Below, one piece after another: positions 40,200 to 50,540 of a DNA stretch of 64,000 nt. This DNA comes from Candidatus Bathyarchaeota archaeon (lineage in GTDB: Archaea; Thermoproteota; Bathyarchaeia; Bathyarchaeales; Bathycorpusculaceae). The DNA lies in NCBI GenBank assembly GCA_963815095.1, contig CAWFFH010000003.1, forward strand, positions 1,184,001-1,248,000, written 5' to 3'. The notes below the pieces were generated by a model. The model saw nothing but the letters and a program-made list of their open reading frames with translations, did no database searches and was not told where the DNA came from. The position numbers and the translations under genes were made by a program. The stretch's first letter is position 1. Each line of letters opens with the position of its first letter.

Positions 40200-40634
40200 A
40201 TGATCTCAAACATTTCTAATCAAGCAGGGACGAAACTTTCCAGAAACGTCATCATACTTATCACAGTGATGATTGTGAACGTTGTTGTAATCATCCTTTT
40301 AACTCCAATCGGCTTTGAGACCCGCCCACAATCCGACCTAAAGCCCTTAGGCTACCTCGCGATTGCCACCATTTTTTTCGGTCTCGCACTGGACATAGCA
40401 TCAATCGGGCTTCTCTTCAAGAAAGTTAGAGTTAGATTAGCTTCAGGTCTGGCAATCGTTAGCTCGGTAATTTTCTTTTTGATCATTTCCATAGATCGAA
40501 CCGGATCCTTTTTCTCGGTGCCGATCCCTCCCGCAATTAATACCCTCGAATACCTCTTAATTGCCTTACTAATCGTAACTCTCTTCATAGCGTCAGTTGT
40601 CTACAGCGGAAGTAAGCCTGCTTCAAACAAATGA
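40200..40634 (+). CDS. Hypothetical 4-TM membrane protein
   Basis: Hydrophobic helices and TPIGFETRP loop. Confidence 0.7.
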   Translation: MISNISNQAGTKLSRNVIILITVMIVNVVVIILLTPIGFETRPQSDLKPLGYLAIATIFFGLALDIASIGLLFKKVRVRLASGLAIVSSVIFFLIISIDRTGSFFSVPIPPAINTLEYLLIALLIVTLFIASVVYSGSKPASNK

Positions 40635-40763
40635 ATTTTGTCGAATACCAAGAACGGAAAACTATTGAACTTGAGCGCCTTAAGTTGATTAAACTATATT
40701 ACTTCTAACTTAGGCTAGCAAGCAAGTTAATTTTACCTCAGCATAAGATCAAGGAGAAGAAAG

Positions 40764-41204
40764 ATGAGAAGAGATAAATTAGAAATAGATTCCAAAAGTG
40801 ATATTGACGAGTTTATCCATCTTGCTCAACGATGGAGCAATCTCCATAAAAGATTACTAAACACTTTGGCGAGGCTACCTGAAGAAGTCTACCAATTCAC
40901 ATTACAGAAAATTTCCTTCCATGCAGGCCAAAGCCAAACCATTCAAGTAAAAGAGTTAAACAAACCCTATATGATAATTCTAAAAAGAACAGATTCAGAA
41001 TCCTTAATTGCACATGAAATAGCCCATGCCTATCTTAACTATACCCAAACAAAATACAAATCAGATGATCAAGAAGCTGAAGCTGACGAACTTAGAAAGA
41101 AATGGGGTTTTAAGAAAAGACAGCTCTGCCAAACTTTCCCTAAAGGCTGTCTTAATTGCTTTAACCCTCACTGTTCCGAAAGCAAATCAAGAAAAATCTG
41201 TTAA
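40764..41204 (+). CDS. Small HExxH zincin-like metalloprotein with C-terminal Cys cluster
   Basis: LIAHEIAHAYL...EAEAD...WGF followed by C-x6-C-x2-C-x4-C. Confidence 0.7.
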   Translation: MRRDKLEIDSKSDIDEFIHLAQRWSNLHKRLLNTLARLPEEVYQFTLQKISFHAGQSQTIQVKELNKPYMIILKRTDSESLIAHEIAHAYLNYTQTKYKSDDQEAEADELRKKWGFKKRQLCQTFPKGCLNCFNPHCSESKSRKIC

Positions 41205-41242
41205 CAATTTTTCAAAATGCCTTTCGAGGATTCAAGATTCTA

Positions 41243-42331
41243 TTAGATTTTGTCAATTAGCGCCATTATTGGATAGAGGTCGTTTAAACTCTTTGATATT
41301 TCACCAATCAGTCCCTTGACTATATAGGTAAAGTCTTCGGGTCTTCTATGAATTATCTTACCAATCAAATACCTGTTAGCCGTTAAGGGAGTTCCTTCAA
41401 GCTGCTTGGTTTCTTCAATAGCTTTCTCTAAATCAATCTTAGTAGAGCCATACAGAGTAAGAGCCCATTGAAGAGACTGAATATTTCTAATGTGATAAAA
41501 CCAAAAAGTGTCAAACAGGCAATAACCCATATCTTTACGATTAAGAGCCTCAAGTTCATTCATTAACTTTCCATTCAAAAGCAATTCATAGTATTTTTCT
41601 CTATACTTATGAGCCTGAGTCCCGAAATTCAAGCCTATCCTAACATCCATCGGCGTAAAGGATACTCCAACGCTTGCTCTCTCAATGTATCCTCTATCAT
41701 CAGATGTTTCACTCGTAACAAAAGGAACCCATATTCCACCCGTATTAGGAGCGAAACCAGATATTTGCGCTCTCTTCAAAGGCACTAATAATCTCTTTTC
41801 TATTTCCTTCTGGATAAAGGGACATTTCTCATAGAGTTGGGCGAGATTATCAAAATCCGCTTCAACAACCTCAAACTTTTGATCTTCCGAGTGCTCTGTT
41901 CTGAGAGTTACAATTTCTTTGAATGTTCTTTTTTTGAGTTCTTCATTTCTATTTATGCCGGCTTCAGTGCAGAGGAACAGCAGGATTTCTTGAGCTTTAA
42001 GATTGGTTTTATCTTGGGTTATTTGAGTTCGGGTTTGCATTAGGGAGTCATGAAAAGCTATGTATTCGATTAGTTCATTGGCTAAAGTAGGGTTAATCAT
42101 ACTTTTCTGCTGTAAGAACCGAACCACTTCATAAATTCGCATATCCCGCACATTTTCTTTCTGAAATTTTGGAAATTTTAACCCTGTCTGGACTAAAACT
42201 CGCTCGAAGGATAGTGCACAAAGGTATTCGAATAGATTTTCTGGCCCAATCAGGTATTCCTTGAAATTTTGAATTGCCAAGGAATAACGAATCATATCCA
42301 AGGTGTCTTTGTCAAATACAAAAACTGACAT
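41243..42331 (-). CDS. Hypothetical protein
   Basis: 362-aa intact ORF with no recognised motif. Confidence 0.7.
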   Translation of the reverse strand: MSVFVFDKDTLDMIRYSLAIQNFKEYLIGPENLFEYLCALSFERVLVQTGLKFPKFQKENVRDMRIYEVVRFLQQKSMINPTLANELIEYIAFHDSLMQTRTQITQDKTNLKAQEILLFLCTEAGINRNEELKKRTFKEIVTLRTEHSEDQKFEVVEADFDNLAQLYEKCPFIQKEIEKRLLVPLKRAQISGFAPNTGGIWVPFVTSETSDDRGYIERASVGVSFTPMDVRIGLNFGTQAHKYREKYYELLLNGKLMNELEALNRKDMGYCLFDTFWFYHIRNIQSLQWALTLYGSTKIDLEKAIEETKQLEGTPLTANRYLIGKIIHRRPEDFTYIVKGLIGEISKSLNDLYPIMALIDKI

Positions 42332-42605
42332 TAGTTTTTTCGCTTCCAGTCGTTTGCCTAACTCAGGTTTAAGCGTATATGAGCCTTTTTGAGAATTGGG
42401 TTTTGCCGGTTTAGCGAATTAGGCTTGGAAAACAAACAAGACTAATTCGCAGGTTTGTCAAATTGCATGTACCCCCAATCAAAAAAAGCAAAGCGAGTGT
42501 GGGTTAAAAAGAAAATGACTGCTCTGGAAAATTAACTTAGTTAACTTGAATAAATAGACAAGTTTTATTAGTACTGTACGTCCAGTTGGCTTTTGGAGAG
42601 GGCAA

Positions 42606-42821
42606 ATGAAAAGACATGAAGCAGTTGCTTTACTCAAAGAATTAAGTGCAGAGCATTTAATGCAGCCGTCTTGGGTACTTATTGAGCAGAGAAAACCCGA
42701 TCGTTATCAACTATGCATTAAAGGCTCTTATGACCGTAGCAATATAGGGGTTTTTGTTCAAAGATACAATTTGGAAATTGAAGACTCCACAAAAGGTTAT
42801 CTCTGCATTTTTAAGCCATAG
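42606..42821 (+). CDS. Small hypothetical protein
   Basis: 71 aa with GGAGAGGG ribosome-binding site. Confidence 0.65.
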   Translation: MKRHEAVALLKELSAEHLMQPSWVLIEQRKPDRYQLCIKGSYDRSNIGVFVQRYNLEIEDSTKGYLCIFKP

Positions 42822-42916
42822 AAAACGGTTATCTTAGTATGGAAAAACTGGTAGTAAACAATTATAAATCCAGTTTTAAGTAGTATCTAATAACTTCAGT
42901 CAGTTTTTCAGAGGAG

Positions 42917-44911
42917 ATGGGTAAAACGCCACGGGAAATCGTTGTGAGTAATGGTCGAGTACTAGTCGCACTTGATAACAAGATGATGATTAGAGACTTC
43001 TTTTATCCAAATGTTGGTTTAGAGAATCATGTAGATGGGCACTCGTTCAAGTTAGGTGTCTGGACTGAGAACAGGTTCTCTTGGATTGACGAGAATTGGG
43101 ACATAAAAATGAAATACCTACCGGAAACTTTGGTAAGTATGTGCATAGCCAACAATAAAGGTGCATCTCTTCAACTCGAAGTTAACGATGCAGTTCACAG
43201 TTCTATGGATGTGTATCTGCGCAAAATTGTCATCCATAATAACGTAAATAGGAAAAGAGAAATCCGAGTGTTCTTTTCCCACGACTTCCACATTTATGGC
43301 GAAGACACGGGCGACACCGCAATCTACGAACCCAACATAAAATCGATTATCCATTACAAACGAAAACGCTACTTCCTAGTCAACGGAATAACCGATCAAG
43401 ATCAAGGAATTTATCAATTTGCTACCGGTCAGAAAGAGTCATTTGGCAAAGAGGGCACATGGAAAGACGCAGAAGACGGAAACCTCCAAGGAAATCCAGT
43501 AGCTCAAGGCTCAGTTGACTCAACAGTTTCCTTCAAACTGGAAATTGAACCCAACTCATCAAACACAATTTATTATTGGATAGCATGCGGCAAAGATCTC
43601 AACCAAATCAAAAATCTCGACTCAAAGATTAAGAAAACAGGGGTCGAGCAGTTGTTACTTGAAACAGAAAACTATTGGAGTGCTTGGATCAATAAACAAT
43701 ACATCGACACAAAAATTCTACCTCGAGAAGTCGCCCGACTATTCAAAACATCGTTGCTAATCATGAGATCTCATGTTGACAATAATGGCGGAATAATTTC
43801 TTCTTGCGATTCTGATGTGCTACAATTCAACCGTGACACTTACTCATATGTGTGGCCACGAGACGGCGCAATCATTGCCTTAGCATTTGACATGGCTGGC
43901 TATCCAGAAGTTTCACGAATGTTTTTCCAGTTTTGTGACAAAATCATTAATGAAGATGGCTACTTTAGCCACAAATACTCACCTGATGGATCAATTGGAA
44001 GTAGTTGGCATTCGATGGTCGACCTTGATGGTAAACTTCAACTGCCCATTCAAGAAGATGAAACAGCACTTGTTTTATTTGCCTTGTACAAACACTTTCA
44101 AAAATACCACGATGTGGAATTCATAGCGACCGTATATCCACGATTGGTATTGAAAACCACTGAGTTCTTACTCGATTTTATAGATCCTCAAACAGGTCTT
44201 CCAAAGCCATCATTTGACATTTGGGAAGAAAAAATTGGTGTATATACATCAACAGTGTCTACCGTAATCTCAGCCCTTCAGTCTGCAGCAAAATTGGCCA
44301 AAGTATTCTACGATCGCGAAAAGCAAGAACTACTAAGTGCAGCAGCCTTGAAAATGAAAGAAAATATGCTATCTAAGCTCTATGACCCAAAGGCAAAGAG
44401 GTTCAAGAAAGCAATATACTCTGATAATTCTGACGATTTAACCGTAGACAGTAGCTTATCGTTTGCTTTTACCCAAGGTGCCTTCGAAGCTAACAGTGAA
44501 GAAGTAAAGAACAGTATGAACGCGATTATTGATAAGCTTTGGATAAAATCAGATATTGGCGGATTAGCACGTTACGAAAACGACAATTATCACAGAATTT
44601 CTCAATACACTCCGGGAAACCCTTGGATTATTTGTACACTCTGGCTCGCACGTTGGCATATCGCAACCGCCACTTCAGTCGAGGAACTCAACAAGGGTTT
44701 AACACTGCTAAAATGGACAGCTAAGCATGCCTTAGCATCTGGAGAATTAGCAGAGCAAATAAACCCTTACACAGGGGAGGCGATTTCTGTGGCGCCATTA
44801 GTTTGGAGCCATGCAGAATTTGTAATTGCAGTTTGCGAATATAATGAGAAACAAAAAGAGCTCTCTATGATTTCAAATATTGGCTCGGCCACTTCGGAGA
44901 AATCGAGATGA
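42917..44911 (+). CDS. GH15 glucoamylase/trehalase-like glycoside hydrolase
   Basis: YSYVWPRDG, QEDET, DIWEE, ARYEND..., LAEQ and PLVWSHA motifs. Confidence 0.93.
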   Translation: MGKTPREIVVSNGRVLVALDNKMMIRDFFYPNVGLENHVDGHSFKLGVWTENRFSWIDENWDIKMKYLPETLVSMCIANNKGASLQLEVNDAVHSSMDVYLRKIVIHNNVNRKREIRVFFSHDFHIYGEDTGDTAIYEPNIKSIIHYKRKRYFLVNGITDQDQGIYQFATGQKESFGKEGTWKDAEDGNLQGNPVAQGSVDSTVSFKLEIEPNSSNTIYYWIACGKDLNQIKNLDSKIKKTGVEQLLLETENYWSAWINKQYIDTKILPREVARLFKTSLLIMRSHVDNNGGIISSCDSDVLQFNRDTYSYVWPRDGAIIALAFDMAGYPEVSRMFFQFCDKIINEDGYFSHKYSPDGSIGSSWHSMVDLDGKLQLPIQEDETALVLFALYKHFQKYHDVEFIATVYPRLVLKTTEFLLDFIDPQTGLPKPSFDIWEEKIGVYTSTVSTVISALQSAAKLAKVFYDREKQELLSAAALKMKENMLSKLYDPKAKRFKKAIYSDNSDDLTVDSSLSFAFTQGAFEANSEEVKNSMNAIIDKLWIKSDIGGLARYENDNYHRISQYTPGNPWIICTLWLARWHIATATSVEELNKGLTLLKWTAKHALASGELAEQINPYTGEAISVAPLVWSHAEFVIAVCEYNEKQKELSMISNIGSATSEKSR

Positions 44912-45213
44912 CTTTCTATTTTCTTTGCCAAACAAATGAAATATCAGAGGGAGAGTTAAAGGAATTTATATTAAAAGCCAATGAGATTCTTGCCGTTAAA
45001 TATGGTGGCCAGATTTATTGTTTGCAGGCGCGTTGCACTCATGCCGGAGCACCTCTTGTGGAAGGAGAGTTAAACGAAGATGTTTTGCAGTGCCCATGGC
45101 ATGGATCCCGTTTCAATATCAAAAATGGTTTGGTGATTAGAGGGCCAGCTGGAAAACAGTTACGCACGTATAATTGCAGAACCGAAGAAGACCGGCTTCT
45201 AGTCGAAGTATAG
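44908..45213 (+). CDS. Rieske [2Fe-2S] ferredoxin
   Basis: CTHAG...CPWHGSRF...GPA. Confidence 0.93.
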   Translation: MTFYFLCQTNEISEGELKEFILKANEILAVKYGGQIYCLQARCTHAGAPLVEGELNEDVLQCPWHGSRFNIKNGLVIRGPAGKQLRTYNCRTEEDRLLVEV

Positions 45214-45309
45214 TCGTTTTGACCATATTCAAATCTTGTTCGCTAGGATAGAGAATAATTAAATAGACTGATCTTTGAAACTTTAAGAACATTAAAGGAA
45301 CGTTTTGGT

Positions 45310-46173
45310 ATGCTGGAAATATCAGATGAAAGTGAGAATTCTCCTTTTTCGGAAGTACCTCAACACGCTCTTACCATTTCTGATTCTATAGCTCTCAAAG
45401 TTTATTCGAATACTAATCCACGAAACATGAAAATAGCGGGCTTGCAAAAGGGCTTGGTTCTTCTATGTAATGGATCTGACGTTATCGGGGAAGGCATAGG
45501 GTTTGGAGTGCCGATTGCTAAGTACTCTGGTGGAACAGTCTTTTCGGGTTCATCTTCGCTTTATGTCCGTAGGATGGGAGCCACTACAGAAATTCGAAAA
45601 GAGTTTTATATGGATTTGACCTCCAGAGATCGATTTCGAAGTTTCAAACTTAAAATTCCAGGAATTCAAGCGTTATCTGACTTTTTTTGCTTTCAGTATC
45701 AGAGACATAAGCGTCTTGTTCGACCAGTTCTAATTGTGAGGGGCTTGTTTTTTAAATTTGGAATGAAGTCAAGCTTTATGAAAAGCCCTCACAAGGGCAT
45801 TGTCGTCGTCACTTACATTATGGACCAAAACCGAATTCAAGTGAAACTAAACTTTAGTCAACTTGAGCAAAACAATCTTGCTAAAGTCTTTATTTTGAAC
45901 GAACAAGGCGCACATTTCTTTAGGACTTACGCTGATTCAGAAGGTATGAGGCTGGTTGATGAGAAAATCGGTGCATGGGACAATGTAACGGCAGAATCGG
46001 CGAAAATAGCGAATGAACAAAACAAAATCGGTTTTGGTCTAAAAAACATAGAAGGAAGCAAATTGAAACGAGGAAGGGAATTAATGGAAGGTTCTTTAAA
46101 CTGGATCGGTCTAGACTACGAACTTGACCCTAAATGCTGTAATTTTGAATATGAAATTGAACTTTTTGGTTGA
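45310..46173 (+). CDS. Hypothetical protein, paralog of 47656-48561
   Basis: Shared LQKGLVL, EG.GFGVPIA.YS, ILNEQGA.FF, KIGAW and W.G..Y motifs. Confidence 0.8.
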   Translation: MLEISDESENSPFSEVPQHALTISDSIALKVYSNTNPRNMKIAGLQKGLVLLCNGSDVIGEGIGFGVPIAKYSGGTVFSGSSSLYVRRMGATTEIRKEFYMDLTSRDRFRSFKLKIPGIQALSDFFCFQYQRHKRLVRPVLIVRGLFFKFGMKSSFMKSPHKGIVVVTYIMDQNRIQVKLNFSQLEQNNLAKVFILNEQGAHFFRTYADSEGMRLVDEKIGAWDNVTAESAKIANEQNKIGFGLKNIEGSKLKRGRELMEGSLNWIGLDYELDPKCCNFEYEIELFG

Positions 46174-47546
46174 AATATAAATTGACTACTGTTACCTTAG
46201 TTTATCCATACTTTCATCCTCATTCTGACTCATCGATCTTTAGGTTTCCTCCTTTAGGATTAGGTTACATGGCCGCTTATCTAAAACAAAGTGGCGTTTC
46301 AGTCGAGATAGTAGACTGCACTTTTATCAAACAGGAAGATGCTCTAAGGAGAATTATCGATTCAAAGCCAAAGATAATTGGAATCCAATCGATGTATTCG
46401 ATGAAAGAAAAATCACTTGAGTTAGCCCAATTACTAAAATCTCATTGTGAGCTACTTGTTGCAGGAGGAGCGCTTCCAACCACTGAACCGGAGGCATTTC
46501 TTGAAAATTTCGATCTCGCAGTCGTAGGTGAAGGAGAGCAAACAATGCTAGATATCGTTAACCAGTTCAAGGTTGGCGGCGATTTTTCTCAAGTTAAAGG
46601 AATTGTTTATCGCGAGAAAGACACCGGTCAAATCAAAAAGACGACCCCCAGGAGCTTGAATAAAGATCTAAATGCTTTTCCCAATCCTTCAAGAGAATTA
46701 TTTGACAACAATGCTTACAAAGAATACTACTCCAAAAAGTTTGGTTATACTACCACTGCGATCATGAGCTCAAGGGGCTGCCCCTTTTCTTGCGATTTCT
46801 GTAGCAAACCTGTTTTTGGAAATGATTTTAGGGCGAGAGCAGCTTCCAATGTTGTTGATGAAATGGAAGAAGTTATTTCGTTGGGATATAGCAGGATATG
46901 GTTTGCGGATGATTGTTTTACCTTAGATCGCGAGCGTCTTATGGGCATTTGTGATGAGATTATTGGACGTGGATTGAAAATTGGTTGGGAGTGTCTTTCA
47001 AGAGTTGATACGCTGGATTCGGAAACGGTAGACAAAATGAAGCAGGCTGGATGCATCAGGATGTTTTTCGGAATTGAATCTGGAAACGACTCCATCCTTG
47101 TCCTGATGAAAAAGCAGATAACAACCGCTAAAGTGCGTAAAGCACTCTCTTTATGCAAAAATAGCGGAATCAAAGCTGGAGCTTTCTTTATTGTAGGTTA
47201 TCCCGGAGAGAACGACAAAACTGTCCTAGAAACAATCAAATTTGCTTCTTCGCTCCCTCTTGATTATCTTTCATTTACTTTGCCTTATCCTATTCCTGGG
47301 ACTCCTCTTTATGAGAGATTAAGTGGAGAACTGATTTCAGAAGAGTGGGAGGAGCCAAAAAACATTAATTTTGTGAAACACAAATTGCTTTTTGCCTCTG
47401 GCTTATCAGAACGCAAACTAAAGTTCGCAATAATTAAAGGCATGATTCAATTTTACATCCGAAAATACACTGGAAAAAACGGCTATAAATTGCTGGGCGT
47501 ACCTTTTGAAACCTTAACTGATGCCACTTACAATTTGATGCACTAA
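46170..47546 (+). CDS. B12-binding radical SAM enzyme
   Basis: PPLGLGYMAA, VGEGE, SRGCPFSCDFC, DDCF and GIESG motifs. Confidence 0.92.
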   Translation: MKYKLTTVTLVYPYFHPHSDSSIFRFPPLGLGYMAAYLKQSGVSVEIVDCTFIKQEDALRRIIDSKPKIIGIQSMYSMKEKSLELAQLLKSHCELLVAGGALPTTEPEAFLENFDLAVVGEGEQTMLDIVNQFKVGGDFSQVKGIVYREKDTGQIKKTTPRSLNKDLNAFPNPSRELFDNNAYKEYYSKKFGYTTTAIMSSRGCPFSCDFCSKPVFGNDFRARAASNVVDEMEEVISLGYSRIWFADDCFTLDRERLMGICDEIIGRGLKIGWECLSRVDTLDSETVDKMKQAGCIRMFFGIESGNDSILVLMKKQITTAKVRKALSLCKNSGIKAGAFFIVGYPGENDKTVLETIKFASSLPLDYLSFTLPYPIPGTPLYERLSGELISEEWEEPKNINFVKHKLLFASGLSERKLKFAIIKGMIQFYIRKYTGKNGYKLLGVPFETLTDATYNLMH

Positions 47547-47655
47547 CAGCAAGAAGGTTATTTTTCACGATTTTGGATTGTTATCCGCAAGCATGTGACA
47601 TGTTTTGGAGAGAAGTTTTTGCTAAGAATCAAAATGACGTCAATCGCTTGCAGGA

Positions 47656-48561
47656 TTAACTTGTAGAGACTGAGTGAGTATTTGCTTGTAATCGGATTGT
47701 GTAATTGAAAAACAAAGTTTTAGGGCTTAAAGCATAAGTCATTCCAGCCCACGAGAACCTACCTTCAACCTGCTCCCAACCGCGATAAAGATTGGCGTCA
47801 TCTCTTTTTTCTAAAGAAAACGAAGTATGCTCTCTGAGATCGGAAAAATCAGCATGGTCTGCGTTAACTCTTGTCCATGCGCCAATCTTCTTGTCATATA
47901 AGACTTCGTTTCCGCCTCTATATTTCTTGAAAAATGTTGCACCTTGTTCGTTCAAAATGAGGATTTCTTGGCAACTTGTCATATCAACATAGGAAAAGTC
48001 TACATGGACCTTAATGTAATCGGGAAAGCAATGATAACGCACAGTGACTTTGCCCTTCGGAGTCACACTTGCGAAATAAGTTTCTACTCCCAGAGTCCTT
48101 CTAAATCTCATTACCCAATCGAAAAGTAATCTCATGTTTCCACGAAGGTACGCTTTTTCGAAAGTTTTGTGAAAAACCGAATAAAGACCATCATTTATAG
48201 AAGCGCCATGAACTCGCTTTTTCGAAATCGAATCTAACAAAAAAACCTTAGTAATCACTGCAGAGTTTTCACCTTGCTCCTCAACGTAAACGGTTGCGGC
48301 CTTTGAAAAGAATGTCGTGTTAGAGTATCTTGCGATGGGAACGCCGAATCCTGCGCCTTCCTCAATTAACTCTGAGCTATCAAAAACTAAGACTAAACCC
48401 TTCTGCAACGCCGCGATCTCCAAGTTCTGAGGTCTATTATCAGGATATATCCTTAATGACAGACCTTTGTTTGCTTTGAAAGTAAAGGGCTTTTCACGTT
48501 GAACTGGCTTTTTTCCAAATAGTGAAACCTTTTTTTCGATAACTTGCGTCTGGAGTGTCAG
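47656..48561 (-). CDS. Hypothetical protein, paralog of 45310-46173 (probable CTG start)
   Basis: Frame is open to CTG 48561, 7 nt after GAGGTGAG; similarity to the paralog extends upstream of the track's 48423 start. Confidence 0.75.
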   Translation of the reverse strand: MTLQTQVIEKKVSLFGKKPVQREKPFTFKANKGLSLRIYPDNRPQNLEIAALQKGLVLVFDSSELIEEGAGFGVPIARYSNTTFFSKAATVYVEEQGENSAVITKVFLLDSISKKRVHGASINDGLYSVFHKTFEKAYLRGNMRLLFDWVMRFRRTLGVETYFASVTPKGKVTVRYHCFPDYIKVHVDFSYVDMTSCQEILILNEQGATFFKKYRGGNEVLYDKKIGAWTRVNADHADFSDLREHTSFSLEKRDDANLYRGWEQVEGRFSWAGMTYALSPKTLFFNYTIRLQANTHSVSTS

Positions 48562-48958
48562 AGTTTAACTCACCTCTTACAAATTGCTGACGTTCGATGA
48601 TGATCTAAGAAACCTATGTTTCTATGCTTGCGAAGTTTTAAATTCTTTTCTACTTTTTTGTCTTGTGGCTAGTAGACTTTATTTTTTAACAAAATGCCCA
48701 TCCGACTAACATATTAAAGCAAACAGCTACGGCCTCTTACTTCTTTCAGAGCACGAGAACAATAAGGTTATTTAGCATTCTGCTTGTCCTCTCGTCTGAC
48801 GGAAGAAATTATAGAGCGGTGAGTAAAGTATGTTTATGATCCGAATGCAAATTTAACCTATTTTGTTTTTTGTGCCAGTTCTGCAGCAGTCACACAAGCC
48901 TTAAGAATTACGGCTGGGATTCATTTTTAGAGAATCTTGAATTAACGAGAGATGTTTT

Positions 48959-50416
48959 TTGAGAAACAACAGATCAAAAGAAGTTTTATTAGTTTTTCCG
49001 GGAAAGTATAATTCTCCTAATCCCCAGGTTCCACTTTCTTTATTGCATCTGGCTAGTTTTCTGATTAAGGGCGGGTATTCAGTTAAAATTCTGGACATGC
49101 GATTAGAAAATTTTGCCGATTTTGAAATTAGAAAACCGCTTTTTGTCGGCATAAGCACGATTCATGGATCTCAAATACCTTACGGCCTCGAGCTTGCAAG
49201 GAGGGTTAGAGCTTTGGATTCCTCGATTCCTCTTGTGTGGGGTGGGGTGCATCCAACTCTTTTGCCCGAACAGACTGCAGCAAATGAGGTTGTTGACATA
49301 GTAGTGAGGGGCGAAGGAGAAAAAACGTTGTTGGAGCTGGCAGACAAATTTTCTGCTGGAGAATCACTAACCAAAATCAAAGGGATCACTTTCAAATCAG
49401 CTGGAACAATAAAAAGTACACCCGACCGAGAACTAATAGACTTGGATGAGCTTCCTATTGAACTTCCTTTTGAGTTGCTGCCTCTGGACAAATACCCAAC
49501 GATAAAGTCGGGAAGATTCCATATTCAGACTAGCCGTGGATGCCCTCATAAATGTGGATTTTGTTATAACATTGTTTATAACAGGCAGGCTTGGAGGGGA
49601 AAAAGTGCCCGCAGAGTCGTAGATGAAATAGAATATATTCTTGGAAGATTTCCTAAAGTCAAAATTATTGATCCAATTGACGACAACTTTTTTGTTGACC
49701 AAAAAAGAGTAATAGACATTTGTCAGGAAATAATAAATCGAAAAATCAAAGTCAGTTGGCGCGCCAACTGTAGATTTGACTATATGTCAAAATATAGCAA
49801 GGATTTCCTCGAACTTCTAGAGAAATCAGGATGTAATGAAGTTGATTTTGGGGGGGAAACTGGATCAGAACGGTTACTGTCACTCATAGACAAAGATATC
49901 ACAACATCGCAAATGATTAGCTCTGTGGAAAATCTAAGGAACTGGGCTCCTTCTATTGAACCGTTTATCACTTGGATGTGTGGTCTTCCAACAGAAACCG
50001 AAGAAGACCTCATAAAAACATGTGATTTAATGGACAGAATGTCTGAAGTCAATCCGAAAACCCAACACTACGGGATCTTTTTGTACACGCCTTTTCCCAG
50101 TCCAATTTTGGATTCATTAGGATCAAAATATAAACATCCTCAATCTTTTGACGAGTGGGGAAAAGCCGAGGTTTTTCATTTCAGGCCACCCTGGCACTCT
50201 AAACGATATGTGGATAAGCTCCAGAATATTTCAACCGTCTCGATTTACGCATTTTATCCTCGAACACGAGTTAGTGAGCGCCGGCTTTTCTACAGAATTG
50301 GGTATGGCTCATTAAACAAAATCGCTAAATACAGGTGGAGGCACAGATATTTTCATTACCCTATCGAGTTAAAGTTGGCTACGGCGGCCTTAAGAAAAAG
50401 ACGCGAATATCTATAG
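48959..50416 (+). CDS. B12-binding radical SAM enzyme
   Basis: WGGVHPT, RGEGE, SRGCPHKCGFC and DDNFF motifs. Confidence 0.92.
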   Translation: MRNNRSKEVLLVFPGKYNSPNPQVPLSLLHLASFLIKGGYSVKILDMRLENFADFEIRKPLFVGISTIHGSQIPYGLELARRVRALDSSIPLVWGGVHPTLLPEQTAANEVVDIVVRGEGEKTLLELADKFSAGESLTKIKGITFKSAGTIKSTPDRELIDLDELPIELPFELLPLDKYPTIKSGRFHIQTSRGCPHKCGFCYNIVYNRQAWRGKSARRVVDEIEYILGRFPKVKIIDPIDDNFFVDQKRVIDICQEIINRKIKVSWRANCRFDYMSKYSKDFLELLEKSGCNEVDFGGETGSERLLSLIDKDITTSQMISSVENLRNWAPSIEPFITWMCGLPTETEEDLIKTCDLMDRMSEVNPKTQHYGIFLYTPFPSPILDSLGSKYKHPQSFDEWGKAEVFHFRPPWHSKRYVDKLQNISTVSIYAFYPRTRVSERRLFYRIGYGSLNKIAKYRWRHRYFHYPIELKLATAALRKRREYL

Positions 50417-50540
50417 GAAGAAATTAAGAATGTGCACTTTTTTCTTTAGTTAACGGTCCGAGGTTTGGGGTTTCAAATTTTTTAAAAGAAAAGAAAACAA
50501 TAAGAGAACAAAATCGGATAGTAAATAGTGAGGCATTTTT

